From positions 21,925-85,924 of the forward strand of contig JBEBCC010000064.1 in assembly GCA_041158125.1 (NCBI GenBank): 64,000 nucleotides of DNA, written 5' to 3'. Both the position numbers and the translations under genes were made by a program. The notes below the pieces were generated by a model. That model was not told where the DNA came from, did not search any database, and saw only the letters and a list, made by a program, of their open reading frames with translations. The DNA comes from Cyanobacteriota bacterium (GTDB lineage: Bacteria > Cyanobacteriota > Cyanobacteriia > PCC-6307 > Cyanobiaceae). Positions 20,091 to 31,400 of the stretch are shown piece after piece; the first letter of the stretch is position 1, and each line of letters begins with the position of its first letter.

Positions 20091-21095
20091 GTGGATCGCA
20101 CCCTGATTCAGGAAATTCTCGAGGTCGTTGAACAGGCCGCCATCGCGTCCGCCAAGCTCACGGGCATGGGCCTGAAGAACGAGGCCGACGCTGCTGCTGT
20201 GGAGGCCATGCGCGAGCGCATGTACAAGATCCAGATGCAGGGTCGCATCGTCATCGGCGAGGGCGAGCGCGATGAAGCCCCGATGCTTTACATCGGTGAA
20301 GAAGTGGGCAGTGGCACAGGCCCGGGCGTCGACTTCGCCGTGGACCCCTGCGAGGGCACCAACCTCTGCGCCAACAGCCAGCGTGGTTCGATGGCTGTTC
20401 TTGCCGCTTCCGATCGAGGCGGTCTGTTCAACGCCCCCGACTTCTACATGAAGAAGCTGGCCGCCCCCCCGGCTGCCAAGGGCAAGGTCGACATCCGCAA
20501 GTCGGCCACCGAGAACATCGAAATCCTCAGCCAGTGCCTGGGCGTTCCTAAGGATGAACTGGTGATCGTGGTGATGGACCGCGCCCGCCACAAGGATCTG
20601 ATCAAGGAAATCCGTGCCACCGGCGCCCGCGTACAGCCCATCTCCGATGGCGACGTCCAGGCCGCCATTGCCTGCGGTTTCGCTGGCACCGGCACCCATT
20701 GCCTGATGGGCATCGGCGCGGCTCCCGAAGGTGTGATCTCTGCTGCCGCCCTGCGGGCCCTGGGTGGTCATTTCCAGGGTCAGTTGGTGTACGACCCCGC
20801 CGTGGCGCAAACCTCCGAATGGGAGGGCCTGACCAAGGAAGGCAACCTGGCACGCCTGGCCGAGATGGGCATCACCGATCCCGACCGCGTCTATGAGGCC
20901 GAGGAACTGGCCTGCGGTGAGAATGTGGTGTTTGCGGCCAGCGGCATCACCGACGGCCTGCTGTTTGACGGCGTCAAGTTCGAGAAGGACTGCACGCGCA
21001 CCAGCTCGCTGGTGATCAGCACCCTCGACAACACAGCCCGCTTCACCACCACCGTCCATATCAAGGACGGCGCCCAGAGCATCGCTCTGCGCTGA
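20091..21095 (+). CDS. glpX: Class II fructose-1,6-/sedoheptulose-1,7-bisphosphatase
   Basis: [26 protein letters not shown] and [12 protein letters not shown]. Confidence 0.96.
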   Translation: MDRTLIQEILEVVEQAAIASAKLTGMGLKNEADAAAVEAMRERMYKIQMQGRIVIGEGERDEAPMLYIGEEVGSGTGPGVDFAVDPCEGTNLCANSQRGSMAVLAASDRGGLFNAPDFYMKKLAAPPAAKGKVDIRKSATENIEILSQCLGVPKDELVIVVMDRARHKDLIKEIRATGARVQPISDGDVQAAIACGFAGTGTHCLMGIGAAPEGVISAAALRALGGHFQGQLVYDPAVAQTSEWEGLTKEGNLARLAEMGITDPDRVYEAEELACGENVVFAASGITDGLLFDGVKFEKDCTRTSSLVISTLDNTARFTTTVHIKDGAQSIALR

Positions 21096-21191
21096 TCCGA
21101 GGCGTTGTCTGGTCAGTCCCGCCACGGCGGTGGCGGGACTGACCTCCGCCAATCGTCCTTCCGTTTCAAGCGCACGTCAGGATCCAACTTC

Positions 21192-22496
21192 ATGCACATC
21201 GCCGTCGTCGGTCTGAGCCATCGCACGGCCCCGGTGGAGATCCGGGAGCGTCTCAGCATCGCCGAGCAGAGCATGGAGGATTCCCTCCAGCGGCTGCGTG
21301 CCGATGAGCAGGTGCTGGAGGCCTCAATCCTCAGCACCTGTAACCGCCTTGAGATCTACACGCTGTTGCGTCATCCCGAGCAGGGCGTGACGGCTGTCGG
21401 TGGTTTTTTGAGTGATCATTCTGGGCTGGCCCTCGCTGAGCTGACCCCCCACCTCTTCACCTACCACCATGAAGAGGCTGTTGCGCACCTGATGCGTGTG
21501 GCAGCCGGGCTTGATTCCCTGGTGCTGGGCGAGGGTCAGATCCTGTCTCAGGTCAAGAAGATGTATCGCCTTGGTCAGGAGCATCGCTCGATCGGGCCAA
21601 TTCTTAATCGCCTGCTGAATCAGGCTGTCAGCACCGGCAAGCGAGTACGCAGCGAAACCAATCTCGGCACGGGTGCTGTGTCGATCAGTTCCGCGGCTGT
21701 CGAGCTGGCACAGCTCAAGGTTGGACAGGGCCGCGGTGTCGACGATCTGGTGCCGCTTGATCAGGAGCAGATCGCTGTGGTTGGAGCCGGACGCATGTCC
21801 AGGCTCTTGCTCCAGCACCTTCAGGCCAAGGGAGCACGCGGGGTGGTGCTGCTCAACCGCACCGTGGAGCGCGCTGAGCTGATGGCTGCCGACTTCCCTG
21901 CTCTACCGGTCCAGTGCCGACCGCTGAGTGATCTCGACCATTGCCTGAGCACCTGTTCTCTGGTGTTCACGAGCACAGCTGCTGACGAACCGATCATCAC
22001 GGCCGAACGGTTGGCCCGTCTCAATCGGCGCTCGTCGCTGCTGCTGGTCGACATCGGTGTGCCGCGCAACATCGCCGCGGATGTGGGCGATCTTTCGGGC
22101 GTCGGTTCCTATGACGTCGACGACCTTCAGGAGGTGGTGACCCGCAATCAGGAAGCCCGCCGTGAGATTGCTGCTGAAGCCGAAGGCCTCCTGCAGGAGG
22201 AAGGCCGTCAGTTCCTGGAATGGTGGGATGGCCTGGAGGCCGTGCCGGTGGTGAACCGTCTCCGGTTGCAGCTGGAAGACATCCGTGAGCAGGAACTCCA
22301 GAAGGCGCTCAGCCGGATGGGTCCGGATCTGTCAGCCCGGGAGCGCAAGGTGGTTGAGGCCCTGAGCAAGGGCATCATCAACAAGATCCTGCATACGCCC
22401 GTCACCAACCTGCGGGCGCCGCAGCCCCGCCAGCAGCGCCATATCGCCATGAAAGTGGTGCAGGACCTGTTCGACTTGCACGAAGCCCAGGGCTGA
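21192..22496 (+). CDS. hemA: Glutamyl-tRNA reductase
   Basis: VGLSHRTAPVEIRE, LSTCNRLEIY, GLDSLVLGEGQILSQVK and VGAGRMS. Start at ATG 21192. Confidence 0.96.
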   Translation: MHIAVVGLSHRTAPVEIRERLSIAEQSMEDSLQRLRADEQVLEASILSTCNRLEIYTLLRHPEQGVTAVGGFLSDHSGLALAELTPHLFTYHHEEAVAHLMRVAAGLDSLVLGEGQILSQVKKMYRLGQEHRSIGPILNRLLNQAVSTGKRVRSETNLGTGAVSISSAAVELAQLKVGQGRGVDDLVPLDQEQIAVVGAGRMSRLLLQHLQAKGARGVVLLNRTVERAELMAADFPALPVQCRPLSDLDHCLSTCSLVFTSTAADEPIITAERLARLNRRSSLLLVDIGVPRNIAADVGDLSGVGSYDVDDLQEVVTRNQEARREIAAEAEGLLQEEGRQFLEWWDGLEAVPVVNRLRLQLEDIREQELQKALSRMGPDLSARERKVVEALSKGIINKILHTPVTNLRAPQPRQQRHIAMKVVQDLFDLHEAQG

Positions 22497-22592
22497 TCCC
22501 ACAAGACCCAGCACTTTTACTCCAATTCGGTCGGCAGGACGTCTGCGGCGGCATCTGATCGCTTAATCTTGCCCGGCATCAGGGAGAGTGGC

Positions 22593-23888
22593 ATGAAGAG
22601 GGTTCTGGCGATCATTCTCGGCGGGGGTGCGGGCACCCGCCTCTACCCGCTCACCAAGATGCGGGCCAAGCCGGCTGTGCCACTGGCTGGCAAATATCGT
22701 CTGATCGATATCCCGATTAGCAATTGCATCAATTCTGGCATCAATAAGATGTACGTGTTGACGCAGTTCAACAGTGCTTCTTTGAACCGCCACCTCACGC
22801 AGAGCTACAACCTCTCCAGCGGTTTCGGCCAAGGCTTCGTTGAGGTTCTTGCCGCTCAGCAAACCCCAGAAAGCCCAAGCTGGTTTGAGGGCACAGCCGA
22901 TGCTGTTCGCAAGTATCAGTGGCTGTTCCAGGAATGGGATGTTGATCACTATCTCATCCTTTCTGGTGATCAGCTGTACCGCATGGACTACAGCCAGTTT
23001 GTTGATCATCACATTCAGACCGGCGCTGATGTGAGCATTGGTGCGCTGCCTGTCGACGCCGCACAGGCTGAGGGCTTTGGCTTGATGCACACCAACGAGC
23101 ATGGCCGCATCCAGGAGTTCCGCGAGAAGCCGAAGGGTGAGGAGCTCAAGGCTATGTGGGTCGATACATCGCGGATGGGACTTTCCGCCGATGAGGCGCT
23201 GAAGCGGCCCTACCTCGCCTCGATGGGTATTTACGTGTTCAGCAGAGATACCCTGTTTGATTTGCTGGCCAAGAACCCAACTGCCACAGACTTTGGCAAG
23301 GAGATTATTCCCGAAGCACTGCGACGTGGTGATAATCTCCAAAGCTACCTCTTTGACGATTACTGGGAGGACATCGGCACAATAGGCGCCTTCTATGAGG
23401 CCAACATGGCTCTCACCGATCAGCCGAATCCGGCCTTCTCTTTCTACGACGAAAAATTCCCGATCTATACCCGTCCCCGCTATCTCCCCCCGAGCAAGTT
23501 GTTTGATGCGCAGGTCACGCAATCGATCATTGGTGAGGGTTCAATGCTCAAGTCCTGTAGCATTCACCACTGCGTTCTCGGCGTGCGCTCCCGCGTCGAA
23601 GACGATGTCGTTCTCCAGGACACCCTGGTGATGGGTAACGACTTCTTTGAGTCGAGCGAGGAGAGGGCTGTGCTGCGCGAGCGCGGTGGCACGCCGGTTG
23701 GGGTCGGTCGAGGCACCACGGTCAAACGGGCGATCCTCGACAAGAACGCGCGGATTGGCCAGGGTGTGTCGATCGTCAACAAGGACCGTGTTGAGGAAGC
23801 AGATCGACCTGAGCTGGGCTTCTACATCCGCAACGGCATCGTCGTGGTCGTTAAGAACGCAACGATCGCCGATGGCAGTGTGATCTGA
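22593..23888 (+). CDS. glgC: Glucose-1-phosphate adenylyltransferase
   Basis: [39 protein letters not shown] and YWEDIGTI. Confidence 0.97.
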   Translation: MKRVLAIILGGGAGTRLYPLTKMRAKPAVPLAGKYRLIDIPISNCINSGINKMYVLTQFNSASLNRHLTQSYNLSSGFGQGFVEVLAAQQTPESPSWFEGTADAVRKYQWLFQEWDVDHYLILSGDQLYRMDYSQFVDHHIQTGADVSIGALPVDAAQAEGFGLMHTNEHGRIQEFREKPKGEELKAMWVDTSRMGLSADEALKRPYLASMGIYVFSRDTLFDLLAKNPTATDFGKEIIPEALRRGDNLQSYLFDDYWEDIGTIGAFYEANMALTDQPNPAFSFYDEKFPIYTRPRYLPPSKLFDAQVTQSIIGEGSMLKSCSIHHCVLGVRSRVEDDVVLQDTLVMGNDFFESSEERAVLRERGGTPVGVGRGTTVKRAILDKNARIGQGVSIVNKDRVEEADRPELGFYIRNGIVVVVKNATIADGSVI

Positions 23889-24089
23889 GTTCCTGCACGC
23901 TGGCCGGCCCAGCGAGGCCGTCGTTACCGTGTCGGCCTGCGCCAGGCCAGTGCCACGATCACGGCACTGGCCTGTTTCTGTCTCGTCAGCGCCACGCGTC
24001 GTCGCCATTTCGTTGACAGATGCGCACCGCAGGCTGCCAACGCCCTTGCGCTTCGCCACACTGTGCCCGTCCGCTACGGCATAGGTGGC

Positions 24090-25520
24090 ATGACCTCCGC
24101 CACACAGAAAGCCCACTTCGGCCTGATCGGCCTTGGTGTGATGGGCGAGAACCTCGTGCTCAACGCTGAGCGCAACGGCTTCTCGAGCGTCGTTTACAAC
24201 CGTACTTACGCCAAGACCGAGGAGTTCCTGGCGGGTCGTGGAGCCGGCAAACGGATCATTGGCGCCACCTCCCTGGAGGACTTCGTCGCCAAGCTCGAGC
24301 GACCACGCCGAATTCTGATGATGATCAAGGCGGGGCAACCGATCGACGCGATGATCCAGCAAATCGCCCCCCTGCTGGAGGAGGGTGACCTGCTGATCGA
24401 CGGCGGTAATTCTCTCTACACCGACACCGAACGGCGCGTCGCCGAGCTGGAAAGCCGCAGCTTTGGCTACATCGGCATGGGTGTTTCCGGCGGCGCCAAG
24501 GGAGCCCTGGAGGGTCCGAGCATGATGCCGGGTGGTACTCGTGCCGCCTACGACGCGATCGAGAGCCTGGTGTGCAAGATGGCCGCCCAGGTCGATGATG
24601 GGCCCTGCGTCACCTACATCGGCCCCGGTGGAGCTGGGCACTTTGTCAAGACCGTCCACAACGGCATCGAGTACGGCATCGAGCAGATCCTGGCCGAGGC
24701 CTACGACCTGATGAAGCGTGGTGCCGGCTTGAGCGGCGACGCCATGGCCGACGTGCTTGGTCAGTGGAATACCACCGAGGAACTCTCCTCGTTCCTGGTG
24801 GAGATCACTGAAATCTGTCTGCGTACCAAGGATCCTGCCAGTGGCGTTGATCTGGTGGAGCTGATCGTGGATTCTGCCGGCCAGAAGGGGACCGGCCTCT
24901 GGACCGTGATCAGCGCGCTGGAGATGGGCATCCCCGTGCCCACCATCTATGCAGCCCTCAACGCTCGCGTGCTCAGCTCGATGCGCATCGAGCGCCTCGC
25001 TGCCGAATCAGTGCTGCCCAGCCCTGAGGTATCGCCGGTCCTGAATCTCGGTAGCCCCGCCGATGCCATGGCGCCGCTGATGGATGCCTGCGTGCTGGCC
25101 TGCATTGCCAGCTATGCCCAGGGCATGGCGCTGATGCAGGAGGCCTCTCGGCTTCACGACTACAACCTCGACATGTCGGCCATCGGCCAGATCTGGAAGG
25201 GTGGCTGCATCATCCGTGCTCGCCTGTTGCAGCGGATTCAGAATGCTTACACCGCGCAGCCCGGCCTGGCCAATCTGCTGGTGGATCCCTGGTTTGCCGA
25301 ACAGGTGAATCGCCGCCTGCCAGGACTGCGTCGCGTCGTCGCTGATGCCGCCATGGCGGGCATTCCCGTGCCTTGCCTGAGCAGCTCGTTGGATTACATC
25401 GACAGCTACCGCAGTTCCCGCCTGCCGCAGAACCTGGTGCAGGCGATGCGCGATTGCTTTGGTGCCCATACCTATCAACGCCTGGATCAGCCGGGCAGTT
25501 TCCACACGGAGTGGATGTGA
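24090..25520 (+). CDS. gndA: NADP-dependent 6-phosphogluconate dehydrogenase
   Basis: GLIGLGVMG, IDGGNS, VHNGIEYG, GQKGTG and QAMRDCFGAHTY. Confidence 0.96.
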   Translation: MTSATQKAHFGLIGLGVMGENLVLNAERNGFSSVVYNRTYAKTEEFLAGRGAGKRIIGATSLEDFVAKLERPRRILMMIKAGQPIDAMIQQIAPLLEEGDLLIDGGNSLYTDTERRVAELESRSFGYIGMGVSGGAKGALEGPSMMPGGTRAAYDAIESLVCKMAAQVDDGPCVTYIGPGGAGHFVKTVHNGIEYGIEQILAEAYDLMKRGAGLSGDAMADVLGQWNTTEELSSFLVEITEICLRTKDPASGVDLVELIVDSAGQKGTGLWTVISALEMGIPVPTIYAALNARVLSSMRIERLAAESVLPSPEVSPVLNLGSPADAMAPLMDACVLACIASYAQGMALMQEASRLHDYNLDMSAIGQIWKGGCIIRARLLQRIQNAYTAQPGLANLLVDPWFAEQVNRRLPGLRRVVADAAMAGIPVPCLSSSLDYIDSYRSSRLPQNLVQAMRDCFGAHTYQRLDQPGSFHTEWM

Positions 25521-25524
25521 GGCG

Positions 25525-26262
25525 ATGGCGATGACAACTGCCAGCTATCAGCTCGATGTGGTGCCCGACGCCGCTCAGCTGGCGCGACGCTGTGCTGAGC
25601 GCATTGCCTCCTGGCTCGATCTGGCCCTCGATGAGCGTGATCGTGCCCAGATCGCACTGGCCGGTGGCAGCACCCCCGCTGCGGCCTATCGCCTGTTGAA
25701 CGGCGAGCATCTGCCCTGGAATCGGGTGGATGTGGTGCTCGGCGATGAGCGTTGGGTTCCGGCAAGCGACCCCGCCAGCAATGCCGGCATGCTCGCCGGC
25801 ACCCTGCTGAAGGCGGGTGGTCCTGCCGCCGCCGCCTGCTTTCATCCAGTTCCCACCGAACTGGCGACACCTGAAGACTCCGCCGAGGCCTTCGAGGCCC
25901 ACATTCGCCAGCTCTGCCCTGGCGATCCGCCGATCTTCGATGTGATTCTGCTGGGGCTGGGTGAAGACGGGCACACCGCCTCGCTGTTTCCGGGCACGCC
26001 TGCCACCCTGGAGCGAGAGCGCGCCGTCAGCATCGGTGCGGGTAAGGGGTTGGAGCGCATCACCCTGACGGCGCCGGTGCTCAGCGCTGCCAGGCATGTG
26101 ATCGTTCTGGTCAGCGGTGCCGGCAAGCGCCTGGCGCTGGAGCGGTTGCTTGACCCCGCTGAACCGCCGCAGCGCACGCCGGCCAAACTGGTGCAGCCGC
26201 GCGCAGCTGTGCTTGTGTTGGCCGATGCGGCCGCCGCTGAGGGGGTCGCTGCGCCAGGCTGA
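25525..26262 (+). CDS. pgl: 6-phosphogluconolactonase
   Basis: LAGGSTP, GDERWVP, LGLGEDGHTASLFP and RITLT, directly after gndA. Confidence 0.94.
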   Translation: MAMTTASYQLDVVPDAAQLARRCAERIASWLDLALDERDRAQIALAGGSTPAAAYRLLNGEHLPWNRVDVVLGDERWVPASDPASNAGMLAGTLLKAGGPAAAACFHPVPTELATPEDSAEAFEAHIRQLCPGDPPIFDVILLGLGEDGHTASLFPGTPATLERERAVSIGAGKGLERITLTAPVLSAARHVIVLVSGAGKRLALERLLDPAEPPQRTPAKLVQPRAAVLVLADAAAAEGVAAPG

Positions 26263-26288
26263 ACAGATCTGCTCTGCACCACCTCTCC

Positions 26289-26852
26289 ATGATCGTTTCT
26301 GCTCAGGATCAGCGCCTGATCGTGGCCGCTGATGGCTTTGCCGGTTGGCAGCCACTGAACGACACGATCATGGGTGGCCGCAGCCAAGGCGTCTGCCGCA
26401 CCACTTGCGAAGGTCTGTGGATGGAAGCTTTTGTGGAGCCGGAGGGTGGTGGTTTCGTCAGTTGCCGGTCACCGATCTACGCCCCCCCGCTCGATCTCTC
26501 CGGCTACGGGGCCCTTCAGCTTGAGCTCGATGGCGATGGACGGCGCTACAAACTGGCTGTTGCCTGCCATGATGGTGTTGCGGGTCTTACAGAGCTGATC
26601 CCCGGCGGTGTGCGTTGGGTTGCGGAGTTCTCAAGCCAGGCCAGCGGTACTTCGCGCGTCACCATTCCGTTCAATCGGCTCACAGCGACTGTGCGGGCAA
26701 CTCCGGTGGGGTTACCTCTGCGTTTCGATCCTGCTGGTATCACTCGCTTGCAGATCTTGCATTCCAAGTTCGGGGATATCGGTGGGCGCAATCCGGGCTT
26801 CCGTCCTGGACCTTTGCGACTGCTGTTGCGCTCCATCCGTGCCATCGTCTGA
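26289..26852 (+). CDS. CIA30 family protein
   Basis: W..LNDTIMGGRS, GGGFVSCRS and GDGRRYK. Confidence 0.88.
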   Translation: MIVSAQDQRLIVAADGFAGWQPLNDTIMGGRSQGVCRTTCEGLWMEAFVEPEGGGFVSCRSPIYAPPLDLSGYGALQLELDGDGRRYKLAVACHDGVAGLTELIPGGVRWVAEFSSQASGTSRVTIPFNRLTATVRATPVGLPLRFDPAGITRLQILHSKFGDIGGRNPGFRPGPLRLLLRSIRAIV

Positions 26853-26871
26853 GGGGGCATCAATCAAGCTG

Positions 26872-27369
26872 ATGCATCAGGACTCACCGGGCTGTATGGG
26901 TGGTGATGATGGCCAGGCAGCGCCGCTGCCTGCAGATCCGTCAGGAGTGGATCCATCGGCCGAGCGGCGCCTGCAGCAGCTGCTCACCGACCTGGCCCGG
27001 GCTGCCGACCTCTGTCTCAGGCCCTGGCGCCACTCGCTGCGCTTCAGTGCGCTCACCCCTGCTGAGCCTGATCGGGTTGATCGTCTGCTCAGCGAAGCAA
27101 CGCTGCTGATCGAGGTCCGCGATGGTGATGGTGTCCGTCACCCCAGCCGCGATCTGGAGTTGGAGATCTACCGCAGCGCTGAACGTTTCAATCTCATTCT
27201 GAGTCAACACCTTGATCCAGATGCCCCCATGCTTTGGTATGGCAGCCATCCTGTCTGGATGGCTGCCACTGATGGCCTGCGCTGTGAACGACCCGACGAT
27301 GGAGTTGTTCTTGAGTCATTCTGTCGGCGTGTGTGGGCTCTGCTTGCCACTGAAATTCTGGCGGATTGA
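26872..27369 (+). CDS. Conserved picocyanobacterial hypothetical protein
   Basis: AADLCLRPWRHS...DLELEIYRS...LWYGSHPVWM, in line after CIA30. Start chosen at ATG 26872. Confidence 0.7.
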   Translation: MHQDSPGCMGGDDGQAAPLPADPSGVDPSAERRLQQLLTDLARAADLCLRPWRHSLRFSALTPAEPDRVDRLLSEATLLIEVRDGDGVRHPSRDLELEIYRSAERFNLILSQHLDPDAPMLWYGSHPVWMAATDGLRCERPDDGVVLESFCRRVWALLATEILAD

Positions 27370-27585
27370 ACCGCTGCAGATTGGTTCGCATGCCTGAACA
27401 AACTTGCATGGCTGGCCTTGCAGGTTTGACAGATGGCTTCTGGAGCCAGAAACGCACCAGCGGCGAGCAAGGCATTGGCAAGCTGGTGCCAAGGCATTGC
27501 CCCGGCTGTCGACGTCGATATGTTAAGAATTAATGATCGACCTGCATCATCATGAGAGGATCGCAATGATCACCTTTTTCAAGTC

Positions 27586-27816
27586 GTGAGCGAACAGCTT
27601 TCTTCATCTCTCGAAGCTGGTACCTCGGAAGGGTCTACCTCGACGTCCACATCTCGTCCCATGGCTTTGATCACGCTCGAGCAGCGAGCAGCTTTGCTGG
27701 AATTTCTGGCTAAACAGCCTTATCAGGAGGTTGCCGGCGGCATCGACTTTCTTAAGAATGCAATCATCATCAATGTTAACTTTACTGGTGATGATGCTCA
27801 ATCCGACGACGGCTGA
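27586..27816 (+). CDS. Small hypothetical protein (76 aa)
   Basis: GTG start (alternative ATG 27661). Helical core LLEFLAKQPYQEVAGGIDFL, followed by a GC hairpin. Confidence 0.6.
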   Translation: MSEQLSSSLEAGTSEGSTSTSTSRPMALITLEQRAALLEFLAKQPYQEVAGGIDFLKNAIIINVNFTGDDAQSDDG

Positions 27817-27831
27817 ATCCTGACCTGATCG

Positions 27832-27861
27832 ACCCCCGCGCCTTCTGACCTGCGCGGGGGT
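27832..27861 (+). terminator. Hairpin downstream of the small ORF
   Basis: ACCCCCGCGC-N10-GCGCGGGGGT forms a 10-bp stem 15 nt after the stop. There is no clear U tract. Confidence 0.45.
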
Positions 27862-28433
27862 GACAATCACTGCCTAAGTCTTGTCTGGCGACGTGTGTTT
27901 CCGTGGAGCTGCAGACAAGCACTAGTCCTTTATGTCTCGGCAGCACCTGTGTGATTGGATTATGGCTCGATGATCGGTATATTGCCTTCACCTGTGTCTC
28001 GATTTATTTGTCTCGATTCATTATCTTACTGCCTGGGCTTGTTCGACCTGATTGTTTTTCATGTTGCTGGCTATCTGACGGCTGTGCGATTGCTAGATTT
28101 TTAGCTCCATGACTGGCTGATTGCAATCCAGGCATCATTGTTGATTTTTTCTCTCCTTCTTGACACTGTCTGCGCTGCGTGACAGAGTTGAGGGTAAAGG
28201 CATTTTGGTAGCAAATGTAACAAAAATGTATTCAGATCTTAACACAGCGATAAGCAAGTCGCTGAATGCGTCGGTGGTAGCACTGATTTCTGGCTGCTCC
28301 TTTCCGGTCGTCAGCTGAGCACCAGCCTGGTCTTCAGGCCGTCGCGGTGTGAGTCGCCCATCCCGGCGGCGGCTTTTGAGGCTCTTGCCGCATCTCTGTT
28401 TCCGTCCACACCTCTGTCCTGGCGCTTTCGGCC

Positions 28434-31400
28434 ATGTCCGATCTGTTCCTCGAGTCGTTTGCCGTCAGTGCCGGAATCGCTGATCCGCCGCTCTGGTCAG
28501 CTCTGGTGTCGCCCTCCGCATTCGTTGAGCCGCGCTCCCCCGAGGCTCTGGCCTGGCTGCAGGATGTGTGCATCGATCCCGTCAGTCCATGGACCGGACT
28601 GGAAGCTCCAGGTCAGGCTCTGATGCCACGGACGTGGGGGCCGGCTGGTGCCACGGAGACCGCCGCCCCCAGCTGGGAGCTGCCGAAACATCAGGTGGAT
28701 GCCAGCAACGATTGGCATTGTGATCCAATTACAGGAATCGGATCAACGGCTCAAGCTCAGGCTTACTTGGCTGTTGATGGTTTAGGTGCTGGTGATTCTG
28801 GCAATTTTAGTGCAGCTCCTGCAACGCTTGCTTGGAGCAATGCCCAAGCATCACAGCGGGATCTGTTTGTTGTTGATGACGCTTCGCCTGAGCTTGAAGC
28901 TCTTGCCTCACGTCTTGAGGCTGGCAATTACTGGGTCTTGCGAGTCGGCCATCTTAAAAGTCCCCTGGCTGCGATCTGCGACGTCCTCTCCCAGAGTGCC
29001 AGCACCCCTTCGGAACAGCTGAGCGGGGACATTGGGAATCCTGGGCCAATGATCGGACGGTTGCACCTGTTCGGTCATGGCACACCGGCGCGATTCCAGC
29101 TTGGTCAGGCCATTATCTCCAACCATAGCCTTCCCTCTCAGCAGCAGATCTGGCGAGAAATTGGCTCTCTGCTCGCAGCCGATGCTGCGATTCGCCTCTA
29201 TGGCTGCGATGTCGCTGCCAGCCCTGCCGGTGAACGGCTGCTGCAACGGCTGAATGAGCTCTCTGGACGCTCCATCCATGCATCCAGTGACACCACGTTT
29301 CAGACAAACATTTCGCATGATTGGGATCTTGAGTTTGTTGCCGGTACAGCTCTTGATTCCGCTGCCGGTCTTGATCTTTCCCTGCTGCTGAGCGGTCTCG
29401 GCTGGCGTGGTGCTCTCGGTGCTTCCGCCTCCACGACCACGCCATTTACAGCGGCCATCGATCCAGCGACCGGTCTGCTTGAGATCATCCAGACCGCTCC
29501 TGATCTGCCAGAGATCGGTACGACCCTCCAGCTTCTGCCTCTGACGTCTCTCCCGAGCACTGTGACCAGCGTGCGCGGGCTGGCCCTGGGCCAGGGTCTC
29601 TGGATCCGGCCGGAATGGCGCGCCGATGGCCTCTGGGGAACCCTGCAGCAGCTGCCTGGTATCGAGGCGATCACGGGTTGGGACAGTGCGGAGCAGGTCG
29701 CCCGGCTTGACAACCTGCTTGGCCACTGGCTGCAGTTGCTGCCAGGTGTTGCTGCCCCAGCAGCGCTCAGCGCCGATGTCTTGATCGATCTGGGCCAGGT
29801 GGCAGTGGCGGCCCGCTCCAGCCTCAGGCTCGACACCAGCGGAGCCGCGCCAGGCCTGGTGCTTGAGCTCCGAGATGGCAGCCTCGACCTCACCCACTTC
29901 GGTCTTGGCAGGCTCAACAACCTCGCCGGCAGCATCCGTTGGAGTGATCCCAGCGCTGTCCCAAGCCTTGAGCTGCAGGCCAGTGATGGTCTCACCATTG
30001 CAGGTCAGCAACTCAGCGGCACCCTGGTGCTGCAACGCGACGGTGTCGGGGCTGCTGGTCTACGCCTCAGCGGCCGCGATCTTCGCTTCAGCAGCGGTGC
30101 GAGCGAAGCCGGCGTCAGCCTGCAGATCGATCAGGCCAGTGTTGCAGTTGCGCTGGATGGCGATGGCGCCGGTCAGCTGCAGCTTGATGGTCAGCTGCGG
30201 CTGGATGGCTTTGCCGGTGTCAGTCTCACTGGCCAGGCCCGCTACAGCCGACAGCCCGTTGGAGGCGCCGAAGAGCTGATCGTGACGGCCGGTCAGCTGA
30301 CGATGGCGGAGCTGGGGAGCCTGCAGGGGCGGTTTGCGCTGCGCCGTGAGCAACAGCGCACCCCAGACGCCAGCACAGATCGCCTGTGGATCGGCATGGA
30401 ATCCCTCGCGGCCGATCTCCGCCTGGAATCCCTAGCGCTCGATCTGCGCGATTGCAGCGGCGCACTGGTGCTCAGCTCAATCCTGCCGATCGATGGCACC
30501 GAGCTGACCACCAGCACGGCACTGCAGATTGATGGTGCCATGGCGGTCTCAATCGCCGCCGCCGGAGAGCCCGCTGCGATCGAGCTGGAGGGGCGCGCCG
30601 TGCGTTTCTGCCGCAACAGCTCCGCTGCCCCCATCACCGGCTTTGTGCCGAGCCCTACCGGTGCTCCAAACTTCATCGCCCTGACAGGTGCACAGACCAG
30701 CCTCAGCGGTGAGTGGCAGGGACGCGTCAGCGGCGTCGGCAACCTCAGCGGTGCGTTGAGCATTGAGCAGCGCCAGAGCCGCCGCCAGCTGCAGGATGGT
30801 CGTTGGCTGGATTTGCAGGAGGTCCAGCTTGTCGGCCGCGACCTTGATCTCAGCCTGGCCGGCGCCGGTGATCCGCGCTGGCTCGGCCTCGGCCGCAGTG
30901 CGCTGGCCCTGATCTGGGCCGCGGATCCCCACGGGGGCGGCAGCTGGCTGTCGCTGGTGGCTGAACCCGGTGTGGTCCAGATCAGTGGCCAGAGTGCCCT
31001 GGTCCCCGCCGACGCGCGCTTCGCAGTCAACGCTGCATTGGCTGCGGGTGCTGCACTGCTGCCCGATGCGCCGGTGCTCAGCTGGTCGACGCCGCTGGAC
31101 TTGGATGGCACGGACCTCAGCCTTGACCTGCTCGACTCAACGCGCCGCCTGCAGCTCCAGGGTGAACTGGCTATCGCGGCAGGCCGCCTCGCCGGCGATC
31201 TCAGCCTGGAGGCCACCGGCGTCGGCGATGCCACCGCCTGGAATCTGGCTCTGAACAATGGCAGTGTCACGCTTGAGGCCGGACCAGCGCGCCTGTCCCT
31301 CAGCGGGGCGCAGGCCAATCTGCCTTTGATCGGTGCCGGCATCGCTGTCGGTGAGATCAGAGGTGAGATCGGACTGAGTGGTCTGGAGGGGGTCAGTCTT

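Noticed and set aside
19907-20101. N-terminal extension of rpe in the ORF track
   Set aside because: It spans the divergent rpe/glpX promoter gap; the recognisable protein starts at ATG 19906.
10355-25505. Long minus-strand ORFs opposite U32, typA, glpX, glgC and gndA
   Set aside because: They are antisense shadows of well-supported genes.
28208-28221. NtcA-like box GTA-N8-AAC
   Set aside because: It has a mismatch in the conserved TAC half and lies in AT-rich DNA where chance matches are likely.
28274-28286. ops-like GGTGGTAGCACTG upstream of the giant gene
   Set aside because: It is an imperfect match to GGCGGTAGnnTG, and there is no RfaH-like gene in the window.
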